Shown: piece after piece, positions 29,992 to 40,344 of the stretch
How positions within the stretch are numbered: position 1 is the stretch's first letter
How the letters are laid out: every line of letters begins with the position of its first letter
Source of the DNA: Promethearchaeota archaeon Loki_b32
GTDB lineage: Archaea > Asgardarchaeota > Lokiarchaeia > Sigyniarchaeales > SOKP01
Reading direction: 5' to 3'
Assembly (NCBI GenBank): GCA_005223125.1
Contig: NJBH01000009.1
Coordinates: 32,001 to 96,000, forward strand
Length of the DNA: 64,000 bases
Notes under the pieces: generated by a model
Told to the model about the DNA's origin: nothing
The model's database searches: none
Seen by the model: only the letters and a program-made list of their open reading frames with translations
Made by a program: the position numbers and the translations under genes

Positions 29992-31224
29992 TTAATCATG
30001 AAAAAACCTAAGGAGGAACAATAGTTCAATTATTATTCCTATAGCACTAAAAATAAAAGGTGCAATATAATGAACATTTTCAACAATTAATCCGGCTATG
30101 ATTCCAGTAGGTATAAGTCCAATACCTCTAAAGAATGAGATTATACCGTAAGATTCCGCTTTCTGTTCTTCACCTAAATTAGTCATAATTATTTGTTCAG
30201 CAGGTATAAATGTACATACAGATAATGCAAATAAAATAAATCCAATACTTAGAGTAATGAATATTGTTTGTCTAATTTGATTCATCCATAAAATCACAGT
30301 TAATATATTCATAAAGAAAAAACCAAACCCAAAAAATTGACTCAAGATTAATGTTGTTTTATTGCCAATTTTATCAGTGATGCGTCCAGCAGGAATTTGA
30401 AAAAGAGCATTTCCTATATTAAACCATAAGTAAATGAAAGCAATATCAGCTTTAGTTAAATTGTAATACTTATATAAACCACCAGTATAAATTGATAGAG
30501 AAATGCTATATACGAAAATATCTAAAGTAAAGAAAATTAAAATGGATCTTGAAGTCTTGGTTGTTAAAATTTTCACCCATATATTATTCTTTTTCTTTTC
30601 AAGATTCTTATTTGGCATAGTTCGATTTTGAGAATCTATAGATTGAGCAGAAATAAAGAATGTAAAGATTATTCCCTCAATAACTAATAAAAGAATAAAA
30701 AACATAAAATAAAATCTTGAATTGATTATTTGAGTAAGAATTATGAATAAGGATCCAGCAATTGTTCCCGCAAAATAGGAAAAAAACATAAATCCGAAAA
30801 TCAAACCTTTCGATTTATTACTATTCTCAGCAACTAAAAATTGAGTATTTAGATTATTAATTATAAAACCTAAAAAGTAGAGCAATATTCCTAAAATGAC
30901 ATAATTTAAGCTATTCGGACTAGCTAAGATTAACAGGAAGAGTCCTAAGATATAGAGGGGAATACTTGAAATGAGTAAATATTTGCGGTTAAATTTATCA
31001 GAGAATTTACCTATTATAGGCATTGGTAAAAATTGCATTACTGTTCCAATTGAAATAATCAAACCCGTTAAGACTATTGAATTTGTGAGTTCCAGTAAAA
31101 AGGGTTGATATACTATGGTAAACATACCAGTACCAAAACCATGAATAAGTTTAGTTATGGCTAAAGCGATTAAATTTCTACGTTTACTTTTATCTAAACT
31201 ATTAAATACCATTGAAATATCCAA
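29992..31224 (-). CDS. MFS transporter
   Basis: About 12 TM helices; GKFSDKFNRK and GRITDKIG motif A copies. Confidence 0.9.
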   Translation of the reverse strand: MDISMVFNSLDKSKRRNLIALAITKLIHGFGTGMFTIVYQPFLLELTNSIVLTGLIISIGTVMQFLPMPIIGKFSDKFNRKYLLISSIPLYILGLFLLILASPNSLNYVILGILLYFLGFIINNLNTQFLVAENSNKSKGLIFGFMFFSYFAGTIAGSLFIILTQIINSRFYFMFFILLLVIEGIIFTFFISAQSIDSQNRTMPNKNLEKKKNNIWVKILTTKTSRSILIFFTLDIFVYSISLSIYTGGLYKYYNLTKADIAFIYLWFNIGNALFQIPAGRITDKIGNKTTLILSQFFGFGFFFMNILTVILWMNQIRQTIFITLSIGFILFALSVCTFIPAEQIIMTNLGEEQKAESYGIISFFRGIGLIPTGIIAGLIVENVHYIAPFIFSAIGIIIELLFLLRFFHD

Positions 31225-31349
31225 TAAACTCTATTTTAATTTTAATAATTTTAATGTAGAAAATACATAATTAAACAAGAATATTATTTTTCTATATTAA
31301 TTTAGAATGATTAAACTCCCAAATTTGGAGAAGTTATAAAATAATGTGT

Positions 31350-31745
31350 TTACTTTTCTTTTTTTTTCATTTTTTTAAGGTTATTTAAAGCTATCTTGTA
31401 TCCTTTATTCTTATTTGCTCTATCTTCTAATCCAGTGCAGGGAAACTCTTGGCATTGATAACAATATTCCAATTTCTTATCATTTATACAACAATCTCTA
31501 ATCCAACATTCTTTTGTCCAACACTCAGAAAGTTCACCCCTACAAGTACTACAATGAAAATCTTCTGGCTTTACATTATCCCACATCTTATCAAATATTC
31601 TAACTAATTTAGAAGCAATTCTGGGGTTAATTGGGGCTTGATAGATCTGACAATTACTGCAATCTAAACCACAAACCGAAATTATTTTTTGAATTCGAAA
31701 AGTTTTCACATCTTTCATGATTTTGATAATCCTTTCCTTTAACAA
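31350..31745 (-). CDS. DUF3795 Cys-rich protein
   Basis: SVCGLDCSNC...CSTCRG...CWIRDCC...YCYQCQEFPC. Confidence 0.8.
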   Translation of the reverse strand: MLKERIIKIMKDVKTFRIQKIISVCGLDCSNCQIYQAPINPRIASKLVRIFDKMWDNVKPEDFHCSTCRGELSECWTKECWIRDCCINDKKLEYCYQCQEFPCTGLEDRANKNKGYKIALNNLKKMKKKEK

Positions 31746-31810
31746 AAACCTCTCAATAAAGTGTCTAGATTAATATCTTTATCTAAATAATAAAGTTGAT
31801 TTATGTCCAT

Positions 31811-32353
31811 TTAATATTCAATACCATATCTAGCTGTTATTCCTTGGGAGGAATAATAATGTTTTATCATTCTCATTTCAGTTACTAAATCTGCTAATTC
31901 CTTTATTTTAGGGTGCATTTTTGGCCCTCCTGTAAGTATTAATTCTACTCGACTTGGTTTCCTTTTAATAAGATTTAAAACCGGTTCAACTGTTATCACA
32001 TTCATAGATATTGCAACACCAATTTCATCAAGGATGACAACATCATATTCATCGCCCATAATAACCTCTTCAGCGAAAGCAAGAGCTTTTTTTCCTTCAT
32101 TTTTATCAAATTCTCCTGGTTCTGCAATGAGTTCAGGACTGCCAAATTGCTTTAATTCAAAATTAGATATATTTTTGATAGCTTCAATTTCCCCGTATTT
32201 ATAATTACCTTTCATAAATTGAATCATATATACCTTAAATCCATGTCCTGTTGCACGTATACCTTGCCCTATCGCAGCAGTGGTTTTACCTTTCCCTCGT
32301 CCAAAGTATACTTGAACTAAACCTTGCTTTAATCTTTTTCTAGTTGTACTCAT
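31811..32353 (-). CDS. cobO: Cob(I)alamin adenosyltransferase (CobO/BtuR)
   Basis: GLVQVYFGRGKGKTTAAIG, QFMKG, ILDEI, ELILTG, ADLVTEM and GIEY motifs. Confidence 0.93.
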   Translation of the reverse strand: MSTTRKRLKQGLVQVYFGRGKGKTTAAIGQGIRATGHGFKVYMIQFMKGNYKYGEIEAIKNISNFELKQFGSPELIAEPGEFDKNEGKKALAFAEEVIMGDEYDVVILDEIGVAISMNVITVEPVLNLIKRKPSRVELILTGGPKMHPKIKELADLVTEMRMIKHYYSSQGITARYGIEY

Positions 32354-32413
32354 CGTTATTCAATCTATTAATTTATTATATTTTGAAATACTCTATTATT
32401 TAATTAGTTTTTA

Positions 32414-33202
32414 ATGCTAGATAGATGTGATTTCATGGGCAAATATGAGAATTTAAATAATAAATTGAATAAATATCTGAGATTAGCTACATTTCCTGTT
32501 GGAATAAAATTACTGGAAGATTCTAAACATTTAGATGATATTAAGTTTTTAAAAAAACCTGAACATAAAATTGCGCTCTGTCAAATATTTAGTTATGCTA
32601 GATATTATGGCTGGACAATGGGATGTACAAAAGAAGATAATTTATGTCCATTAGCAGGAATTAGCATTGGTTTTGAAGAGTCATACAAGCTTTATGAGGA
32701 AGGTTCTTTTTTTATTGGAAGGTATAATGAAACCAAAGAAGCTGCTAAAAAAACAACGGCTACAATACCCAAATTACCTTATAATCAATATTCTGCAATA
32801 GTTTCTGGAACTTTGGGTCGTATAGACTTTGAACCTGATCTAATCTTAATTTGGGGTAATTCTGCTCAAATTATGAGAATAATTCAAGGTTATTTATGGA
32901 AAAGAGGAGGAAGGGTTTCAATGACTACTTTCTGTGATGGTGTATGCGCAGATACGATATCAAATGCGATGCTTACAGGTGATTTGCAGATTGCTTTTCC
33001 TTGCCTTGGTGATCGTCGATACGGAATGGCAAAGGATTCCGATTTAATAGCATCAATACCAATTGACATTATAGATGAAATTATTGATGGAATGGAGGAA
33101 ACTCATAAAGCAGGGACAAGATATCCGATTCCTTATCAGGTATCTACTCCTGAGTTTTTTGTAAAATTAAAAAAACAATTAGATAAAGTAAAAAAAAATT
33201 AA
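32414..33202 (+). CDS. DUF169 family protein
   Basis: PVGIK, LCQ...AR..G, CPLA, PDLI, GVCAD and PCLGDR motifs. Confidence 0.85.
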   Translation: MLDRCDFMGKYENLNNKLNKYLRLATFPVGIKLLEDSKHLDDIKFLKKPEHKIALCQIFSYARYYGWTMGCTKEDNLCPLAGISIGFEESYKLYEEGSFFIGRYNETKEAAKKTTATIPKLPYNQYSAIVSGTLGRIDFEPDLILIWGNSAQIMRIIQGYLWKRGGRVSMTTFCDGVCADTISNAMLTGDLQIAFPCLGDRRYGMAKDSDLIASIPIDIIDEIIDGMEETHKAGTRYPIPYQVSTPEFFVKLKKQLDKVKKN

Positions 33203-34356
33203 TTTAATTTATTTTTATAGCGTTCTTCACCATATTTCTGATAAGCTTCTGGTATCGATTCAACAGGTATTTTATTCTCGACTTTTTCAAGAATTAATCG
33301 CTTAGATGAACAATTTGTTGAACATACTCCGCACCCAATACATAAGTCATTTTTTAATTCTAAGTTAAATTTACCACCTTCTTCAATTGACGGAAAGATA
33401 GCATGAGTTGGGCATAAATCTACGCATCGATAACATTCGGCGCATTCTATTGATTGATCTATTTTTGCCCGAAAGTTCGAGAGAGCCAATCCCCCCATTC
33501 TATGAAACTTAGTTAACATCTTTAAAATTCCACAGTGCTCTTTATCACAATTACATATGAAATCTGGTTTTTGGGCATTTAAAGTGCAATGTACCAATCC
33601 ATTTTTTTCACATGTTATCAATAATTCTAAAGCTTCTTCCTTAGATAATCTTTTACCCATTCCATTTTCAATGAAGTATTCTGCTACCATATCAAATGTC
33701 ATACAAACATCTATAGCTGTTTTAGGTGTGTAACCCAAGTGTGTAGCTTTTACTTTGCAAGAACACGGCATTGTGGAAAAGGCTGTATATTGATTTATCA
33801 ATTCTTCAACTTCCTCGAAAGCTAAGATTTTTTGTGATACAATTCCTAAATCTTCGTTAACTATAATCAATTTTTCTGATGTTTTAGAAGGTAGAACTCT
33901 AGGAAATGGATAATTAGATGCCCATGCTGTTGGAATTATATATCTGTTTAAATATTTATCAAAAAGCCTTGCGAGTCGCTTTATTTTCTCATCTGAATAT
34001 ATTTTTGCATTACTGAATACAAACTCAAAAATACCTATTACAGTAGGCCAAATCATGAATTTTGCTCTTTTCCGGGATTTTCCTAATTTAAACATTAATC
34101 CTCTTTCTGCTAGAGAATTCAAAATCTCAATTACTTTTTCTACAGGTTTACCACTTCTTTGAGCTATCTCTATCGGAGATGCTTGGTCCATGATAGGTGC
34201 TTCAAAATAACTCAAAATCTCAGCTTCTTCCTCAGTAAAAATTTCTTTTAAAATTTTCATGATTCCAATAGATTTTGGTGTTCTTGTAGGCCATTTATCC
34301 ATCCTTTGCCTTAATAATTCATAATAATCCATTTTCAATGATTGATCTTGTGTCAT
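33199..34356 (-). CDS. 4Fe-4S dicluster protein with N-terminal HTH-like region
   Basis: PCSC, C.TF, GLVH, ICNCD..HC and two CxxCxxCxxxC ferredoxin motifs. Confidence 0.85.
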   Translation of the reverse strand: MTQDQSLKMDYYELLRQRMDKWPTRTPKSIGIMKILKEIFTEEEAEILSYFEAPIMDQASPIEIAQRSGKPVEKVIEILNSLAERGLMFKLGKSRKRAKFMIWPTVIGIFEFVFSNAKIYSDEKIKRLARLFDKYLNRYIIPTAWASNYPFPRVLPSKTSEKLIIVNEDLGIVSQKILAFEEVEELINQYTAFSTMPCSCKVKATHLGYTPKTAIDVCMTFDMVAEYFIENGMGKRLSKEEALELLITCEKNGLVHCTLNAQKPDFICNCDKEHCGILKMLTKFHRMGGLALSNFRAKIDQSIECAECYRCVDLCPTHAIFPSIEEGGKFNLELKNDLCIGCGVCSTNCSSKRLILEKVENKIPVESIPEAYQKYGEERYKNKLN

Positions 34357-34553
34357 ATAATATTCACTAAAAAACTTTTTTAATTAAGGGAAAGCTAAGT
34401 AAAAATTTCTTATAAATCTGATGTTAATTTTGATCTATTCTTTCTTAATAACAACTTACTAATAATATTGTTTTTAATTTGAATAATAATTATAATCTCT
34501 ATATAATATTCTTAAAGAACCATTAATATCAAATAAAAAAATGGCGTTTTAAA

Positions 34554-35153
34554 ATGACTGAGAGCAAATTGATGCCTTTACAAGAAGCTATATCAACTTA
34601 CGTTCAAGATGGAGACCTTATAGGTATTGGAGGCCTTTCTTTTTGGAGGAAACCCATAAGTGCGTGTAGGGAAATAATTAGACAAAATAAAAAAGATTTA
34701 TCAATTTGTACATTCGTAGGGGGGATAGATGTTGATATGCTCATAGCAGGAGGGTGTATTTCAGAAGTAAGAAGTTGTTTTATAGGAATGGAAATCTTTG
34801 GTATGGCACCACATTATAGAAAAGCTGTAGAATCAGGTGTTATTCACGTATCAGAGGAAAGTGAGGCTAATATTGCTTTAGGATTGAGAGCTTCTTACTT
34901 GAAAGTACCATTCATGCCTTTAAAGGGTATTATCGGAACTGATATGCCAAAAGTAAGAAATGATATAAAACAAATCGAAGATCCCCTTGGTTCAGGAACA
35001 CAGGTTATGGCAGTACCTAAGATCGACTTAGATGTAGCAATAATTCATGTTCCATATGCTGATGAATTTGGGAATGGTAATATAGCTGGAGCTGTATGGA
35101 TGGATGCTGACATGGGAAAAACAGCAAAAAAGACAATTATTAATCCTATATAA
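34554..35153 (+). pseudogene. 3'-truncated copy of CoA-transferase subunit A
   Basis: Near-identical protein to 37968..38828 up to KTAKKTII, then abruptly NPI*. Confidence 0.85.
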
Positions 35154-35199
35154 AAATCTAAAAAATTCTATAATACATTTGAAAATAAGGTGATATTAA

Positions 35200-35496
35200 A
35201 TGGTTGAGAGCAAATTGATGTCTTTAAAAGAAGCAATTTCAACTTACGTTCAAGACGGTGATCTTGTAGGGATTGGAGGGCCTTCCTTTTGGAGAAAACC
35301 CATTAGTGCATGCAGGGAAATAATTAAGCAAAATAAGAAGGATCTATCAATTTGTACTTTTGTTGGTGGAATAGAAGTTGATATGCTTATTGCTGGAGGA
35401 TATATTTCGGAAGTATGTTCTTGTTTTGTTGGAATGGAGATTTTTGGAATGGCACCACATTATCGAAAAGGGATTTTCTATAATAACCCCTTTTAA
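35200..35496 (+). pseudogene. Second, shorter 3'-truncated copy of CoA-transferase subunit A
   Basis: Matches subunit A to MAPHYRK then diverges; carries changes at residues shared by the other two copies (GGL>GGP, GGC>GGY, VRS>VCS). Confidence 0.85.
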
Positions 35497-35668
35497 ACTC
35501 GAGAGCTTTAATAGAAATAATAATAACCCCTATGGTGTTGTATCGATGCCATTATCTATTAACAAAGCTTTAATAAAAATAAAAAAAATAAAAAAAAGAT
35601 CAAGTAAAATTAAATATGAGTTTTTTTTTATATTAAACAGAATAATCCAAAGAAGAAGTGAAAAGAAA

Positions 35669-37759
35669 ATAACTAAAAGAGTTTCATATTTTTTAGGTGT
35701 ATCAATAGTTTTATGTTTGGTATTTGGATCGTTAAAATTAGCGTTTAATTCACTCAATACTTCCGACACACAGCAAGCGGAAATGAAATTTAATAAGAAC
35801 AATTTCAAAGAGCGTCCTAAGATGTCTGTAATTCACGTACCAATTATTATTAACGGAAATGGTGACTTTCATACTCAAGCGTTGAATGAAGGGTGGTTTG
35901 GAGATGGAACGGAAGGCAATCCATATGTTATTGAGGATTATATCATAAATATTAGTTATCCAAATTACCACTCTAACGGTATTGATATTCAGAACACAAA
36001 TGTCTATTTCATTATCCAAAAAGTAACTATACACAATGAACATGGATATGATAATAGTGGATTTAGTTTATTCAATGTCAAAAACGGAGAACTAAGGGAC
36101 AATACCGCCATTAATAATAATTATGGTTTCTTTCTCCAATACGCTACCAATATCACCCTTATAGGTAATACTGCCTATAATGATTTCACTGCATCTTATG
36201 GTACAGGCTTCTACCTCCAAAACTCAACTAATAACATCTTAATGGGCAATACTGTTGATAGTGATAATGAATATGGTTTTTACCTCCAATCCTCCGCCAA
36301 TAACACCCTCACGGGCAATATCGTAAGCAAAAATTATAATCATGGTTTCAAGCTCAATGAATCTAGTAATAACTCCTTTATAGACAATATTGCTAATGAT
36401 AATTTATTTGGTTTCTACCTCCAAAACTCTACCAATAACAACTTGATAGGTAATACCGCTAATAATAATTATAGAGATGGAATCCTCCTCCATAGCTCTG
36501 CAAATAACGTTTTAACCAACAATATATTTAATAACAACGGAATTCGTATATTGAGTGACACATTAGAAGAATCTATTCAAACTCTAGTAGAAAATAATAC
36601 AGTAAACGGAAAGGATTTGTTATATTTTCAGAATAAGGTAAAAACTGTTATTTCTTCTGAAGTGGGACAGATTATCCTCGTTAATTGTTCATCCATTCAA
36701 ATCGAAGATATTATTATTGAGATGAAAGCATCAGTAGGATTTTTATTAATGTTTAGTAAAAATATCTCAATGATAAATAATACTGCTATTAATAATTATT
36801 ATGGTTTCTACTTTCAATACTCTACTAATAGCACCTTGAAGGGCAATACTGCTATTAATAATCATATTGGTTTCCATCTCCAATACTCCACTAATAACAC
36901 CCTAACAAAAAATACCGCCAATAATAATTTTATTGGTTTCCACCTTCAATACTCCATTAATAATACCTTAACCGGTAATTACCCAAATGATAATGATCAC
37001 GGATTCTATCTCTATACCTCCCCCAATAATATTTTGACTGATAATGTACTTATTAACAACGGTTTTGGCATGCACAGTTATACAGTAGAAGATTCCATTC
37101 AATCTTTAGTAAAAAATAATACAATAAATGGAAAGGACTTGATATTTCTTCAGAATGAGATTAATACAATTATATCTTCAGAAGCTGGGCAATTTATTCT
37201 TGTTAATTGCTCGTTAATGCGTATCGAAAATCTTATCATTGATATGAAGGTATTAACGGCGTTTGCATTGCACTTTAGTACAAATATTTTAATAATTAAT
37301 AATACCTTCAACAATGTGTTTATTGGTTTCCATCTCTGGTTCTCTACCAATAACACTCTGATAGGTAATACTGCTAATAATAATTACAATGGTTTTGTCC
37401 TCTATGCCTCCGTCAATAACACTCTGATAGGCAATACTGCTAATAATAATCATAATGGTTTCTATCTCTATGGATCTTCTAATAATACCTTAATGGGCAA
37501 TATAGCCAATTATAACGATGAGAATGGTATATACTTAGGCTCCAGTAATTATAATATAATTCGTGGAAATATTTTATTACATAATGGAAGAGATTGTATT
37601 GTTCAGCACGATTGCCTAGGAAACGTTATTTTTGATAACATTTGTGAAGTTGATGAGACTAAAACTATAATTTCAAGCTATAATGTAGTGTTTTTAATTG
37701 GAATAATTACTCTTGTTTCCTTAATTTACATTAAAAAAAGATATATCAATTATAAATAG
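35669..37759 (+). CDS. Surface-anchored NosD/CASH parallel beta-helix repeat protein
   Basis: GDGTEGNPYVIE motif, many GFYLQxSxNNTLxGNTAxNN repeats, N-terminal signal-like helix and C-terminal TM. The track start (35378) lies inside the truncated CoA-transferase gene; the true start is uncertain (ATG 35546 or ATA 35669). Confidence 0.85.
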   Translation: MTKRVSYFLGVSIVLCLVFGSLKLAFNSLNTSDTQQAEMKFNKNNFKERPKMSVIHVPIIINGNGDFHTQALNEGWFGDGTEGNPYVIEDYIINISYPNYHSNGIDIQNTNVYFIIQKVTIHNEHGYDNSGFSLFNVKNGELRDNTAINNNYGFFLQYATNITLIGNTAYNDFTASYGTGFYLQNSTNNILMGNTVDSDNEYGFYLQSSANNTLTGNIVSKNYNHGFKLNESSNNSFIDNIANDNLFGFYLQNSTNNNLIGNTANNNYRDGILLHSSANNVLTNNIFNNNGIRILSDTLEESIQTLVENNTVNGKDLLYFQNKVKTVISSEVGQIILVNCSSIQIEDIIIEMKASVGFLLMFSKNISMINNTAINNYYGFYFQYSTNSTLKGNTAINNHIGFHLQYSTNNTLTKNTANNNFIGFHLQYSINNTLTGNYPNDNDHGFYLYTSPNNILTDNVLINNGFGMHSYTVEDSIQSLVKNNTINGKDLIFLQNEINTIISSEAGQFILVNCSLMRIENLIIDMKVLTAFALHFSTNILIINNTFNNVFIGFHLWFSTNNTLIGNTANNNYNGFVLYASVNNTLIGNTANNNHNGFYLYGSSNNTLMGNIANYNDENGIYLGSSNYNIIRGNILLHNGRDCIVQHDCLGNVIFDNICEVDETKTIISSYNVVFLIGIITLVSLIYIKKRYINYK

Positions 37760-37967
37760 CTATTTAAAATCCAATTTTAATCTGCGATCTGAAATTTTCT
37801 AAATAATAAAATTATTTAATTTTAATTCTAAACTAATTTAGATTTCAGATAAAAATTATAAAAAGAGCTCTCTCATTCTCAATTCTTTAATTTGATAAAT
37901 AATTATATTTTGCAAAATTAAATTTTCACTAATATTAAATGAAAATAAATTGAGTATGTGTAAATAA

Positions 37968-38828
37968 ATGAGAAAGAGCAAGTTATTATCTTTAGAAGAA
38001 GCGATTTCTACTTATATACAAGACGGAGATCTTGTTGGAATTGGTGGACTTTCTTTTTGGAGGAAGCCAATTAGTGCTTGTAGAGAAATAATTAGACAAA
38101 ATAAAAAGGATTTATCTTTATGCACATTTGTTGGTGGTATTGAAGTTGATATGTTAATTGCGGGTGGATGTATTTCTGAAGTACGATCTTGTTTTGTTGG
38201 GATGGAGATTTTTGGAATGGCACCAAATTTCCGAAAAGCAGTAGAATCTGGTTCGATCAAAATATCCGAAGAAAGTGAAGCTACAATTGCTTTAGGATTA
38301 AGAGCCTCATACTTGAAAGTCCCTTTCATGCCTTTAAAAGGTCTTATTGGTACTGATATGCCGAAAGTAAGGCATGATATTAAACAGATCGAAGACCCTC
38401 TTGGTTCCGGGACTCAGATTATGGCAGTACCTAAGATAGATTTAGATGTCGCTATAATTCATGTGCCTTATGCTGATGAATTTGGAAATGGTAATATTGC
38501 TGGTGCTGTATGGATGGACGCTGATATGGGAAAAACAGCAAAAAAGACAATTATCACATGTGAGAAATTAGTGGAAACAGAGGATATTCGCTATTTACCC
38601 GGAAAAGCACAACTACCAATTCAAACAACTAATGCAGTAGTTAAAATGCCTTTTGGAGCACATCCAACCTCATGTTATCCTATATATACCTTTGATCCAC
38701 TTCACATTCAATGCTATTTGAAAACTGATTTTGAAGATTATAAGAAAAAATTCATAACAGATAAAACACCTACTCAATATTTAGAAGAAACAGGTGGAGT
38801 ACAAACAATTTTTAATATACTATTATAG
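37968..38828 (+). CDS. Family I CoA-transferase subunit A (GctA/CatI-like), intact
   Basis: DGDLVGIGG...LIAGG, PFMP..GTD, DVAIIHV..ADEFGN and PFGAHPTSCY motifs. Confidence 0.9.
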   Translation: MRKSKLLSLEEAISTYIQDGDLVGIGGLSFWRKPISACREIIRQNKKDLSLCTFVGGIEVDMLIAGGCISEVRSCFVGMEIFGMAPNFRKAVESGSIKISEESEATIALGLRASYLKVPFMPLKGLIGTDMPKVRHDIKQIEDPLGSGTQIMAVPKIDLDVAIIHVPYADEFGNGNIAGAVWMDADMGKTAKKTIITCEKLVETEDIRYLPGKAQLPIQTTNAVVKMPFGAHPTSCYPIYTFDPLHIQCYLKTDFEDYKKKFITDKTPTQYLEETGGVQTIFNILL

Positions 38829-38837
38829 GAGGGAAAA

Positions 38838-39719
38838 ATGATGAGTGAATATTCAAAAGATTATACTACAGATGAAATGATGACTGTATTAATGGCAAGA
38901 GAAGTTAGAAACGATGATGTAATGATCGTTGGTGTGGCAACTCCTATGGTATGGGCAGCATTTACATTAGCAAAATTGACTCATGCACCAGATGCAATAT
39001 ACCATTATATCATGGGAAATACTTTTGTACAAGAAGCACGACAAGTATCACTACTATATCTTGAGATGAATACAGCGAGAGCATATCGATTTCAAGATAG
39101 TGTAGAATGTACCTTAGAATCATTACCCTCTGATAAACTTACAACCATTGAATTTTTTCGACCAGCCCAGATTGACCAATATGGGAATTCTAATAACATT
39201 TGTATAGGAGATTGGAAGAAGCCTAAAATTCGACTCCCTGGTGCTGCAGGTATCTTAGATTTTAGCATGTTTTATGCTCGTGGTTCTTTTCTTTATACAC
39301 CACGACATGATACAAGAACATTTGTACCGACAGAAAAGTTATTCTTTATTTCTGGTGTAGGATTTCCAGATGGAAAACCTTCTATATGCGGGGGGGCTGG
39401 ACCTCAGTGTGTAATTACTAACCTAGCTTATTTGGATTTTGAAAACGAAACAAAAAGGATGAGGTTAAATTCAATTCATCCTGGCAATGATCTTGAGACT
39501 TTAAAAAATTCAACTGGATTTGAACTGATTGTTTCAGAAGAAATAAAAGAGACTATACCTCCTACGAAGAAAGAAATTGAATTATTAAGAGAAAAGGTTG
39601 ATCCATTAAATATCAGAAAATTAGAAGTTCTTTCAGGTAATGAACGAGAAGAGCTATTAGATGATATAATTCAAAAAGATTTAGCAAAGCAAAATAAATT
39701 TCCCAAATTATTATTCTAA
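38838..39719 (+). CDS. Family I CoA-transferase subunit B (GctB/CatJ-like)
   Basis: AQIDQYGNSN, RLPGAAG, VITNL, SIHPG, TGFEL and PPTKKEIELLREKVDP motifs. Confidence 0.9.
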   Translation: MMSEYSKDYTTDEMMTVLMAREVRNDDVMIVGVATPMVWAAFTLAKLTHAPDAIYHYIMGNTFVQEARQVSLLYLEMNTARAYRFQDSVECTLESLPSDKLTTIEFFRPAQIDQYGNSNNICIGDWKKPKIRLPGAAGILDFSMFYARGSFLYTPRHDTRTFVPTEKLFFISGVGFPDGKPSICGGAGPQCVITNLAYLDFENETKRMRLNSIHPGNDLETLKNSTGFELIVSEEIKETIPPTKKEIELLREKVDPLNIRKLEVLSGNEREELLDDIIQKDLAKQNKFPKLLF

Positions 39720-39906
39720 GTAAATAGTTAAATACATCTAAAAATATCGCAAAATCTTATTTTTTTTTGATCGTTATATTTAATAGTTCAAAAATACCTA
39801 TAAAACAACAATAAGTTTTGTGTAATATAATAAAAAGTTATTAGATTATTAATTTATAATATAATTAGTGAATTTTGTAGTTGAAATGAAAGATAGTTAA
39901 AACAAA

Positions 39907-40344
39907 ATGGAAAGAGTAAAATACAAGATTATAAGTATAGATGAATTGGAGAGAGCGATAACTAACATAAGTAAAAATCATGACGAGATTTTATTATGTT
40001 ATTTATATGGTTCTTATGTATCAGGGAACAAAACAGAATTTAGTGATATTGATATTGGAATTTTCCTTGATAATGCATTCAAAAAACACTATTTATATCA
40101 AGTAGAATTAAGCTTAGAAATAGAAAAAGAATTCGATAACAAGATTGAAATAGATTTATGCATTTTAAACGAGGCTACGCCTCGATTTTTGTACAATGTT
40201 ATAAAAAGTGGACAGAATATCTATTCAAAGGAAAAAAAAATACAATATGAATATGAAATAAGAATTTTATATTATTATTTAGATATTAAGCCAATGTTAG
40301 ACATGTATGACAAGATAACCATCATGGAGGCACTTAAAAATTAA
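39907..40344 (+). CDS. mntA: MNT nucleotidyltransferase antitoxin (type VII TA)
   Basis: YLYGS-YVSGNKTEFS-DIDIG fits GS-x10-DxD; IDLCILN. Confidence 0.88.
   Translation: MERVKYKIISIDELERAITNISKNHDEILLCYLYGSYVSGNKTEFSDIDIGIFLDNAFKKHYLYQVELSLEIEKEFDNKIEIDLCILNEATPRFLYNVIKSGQNIYSKEKKIQYEYEIRILYYYLDIKPMLDMYDKITIMEALKN

Noticed and set aside
35378-35545. Track start of the 793-aa beta-helix protein
   Set aside because: Its first residues are an alternative frame of the truncated CoA-transferase copy, followed by low-complexity intergenic-looking sequence.
34554-38828. Diversity-generating retroelement or phase-variation cassette explanation for the repeated CoA-transferase copies
   Set aside because: No reverse transcriptase or recombinase; differences are largely synonymous and not adenine-specific.
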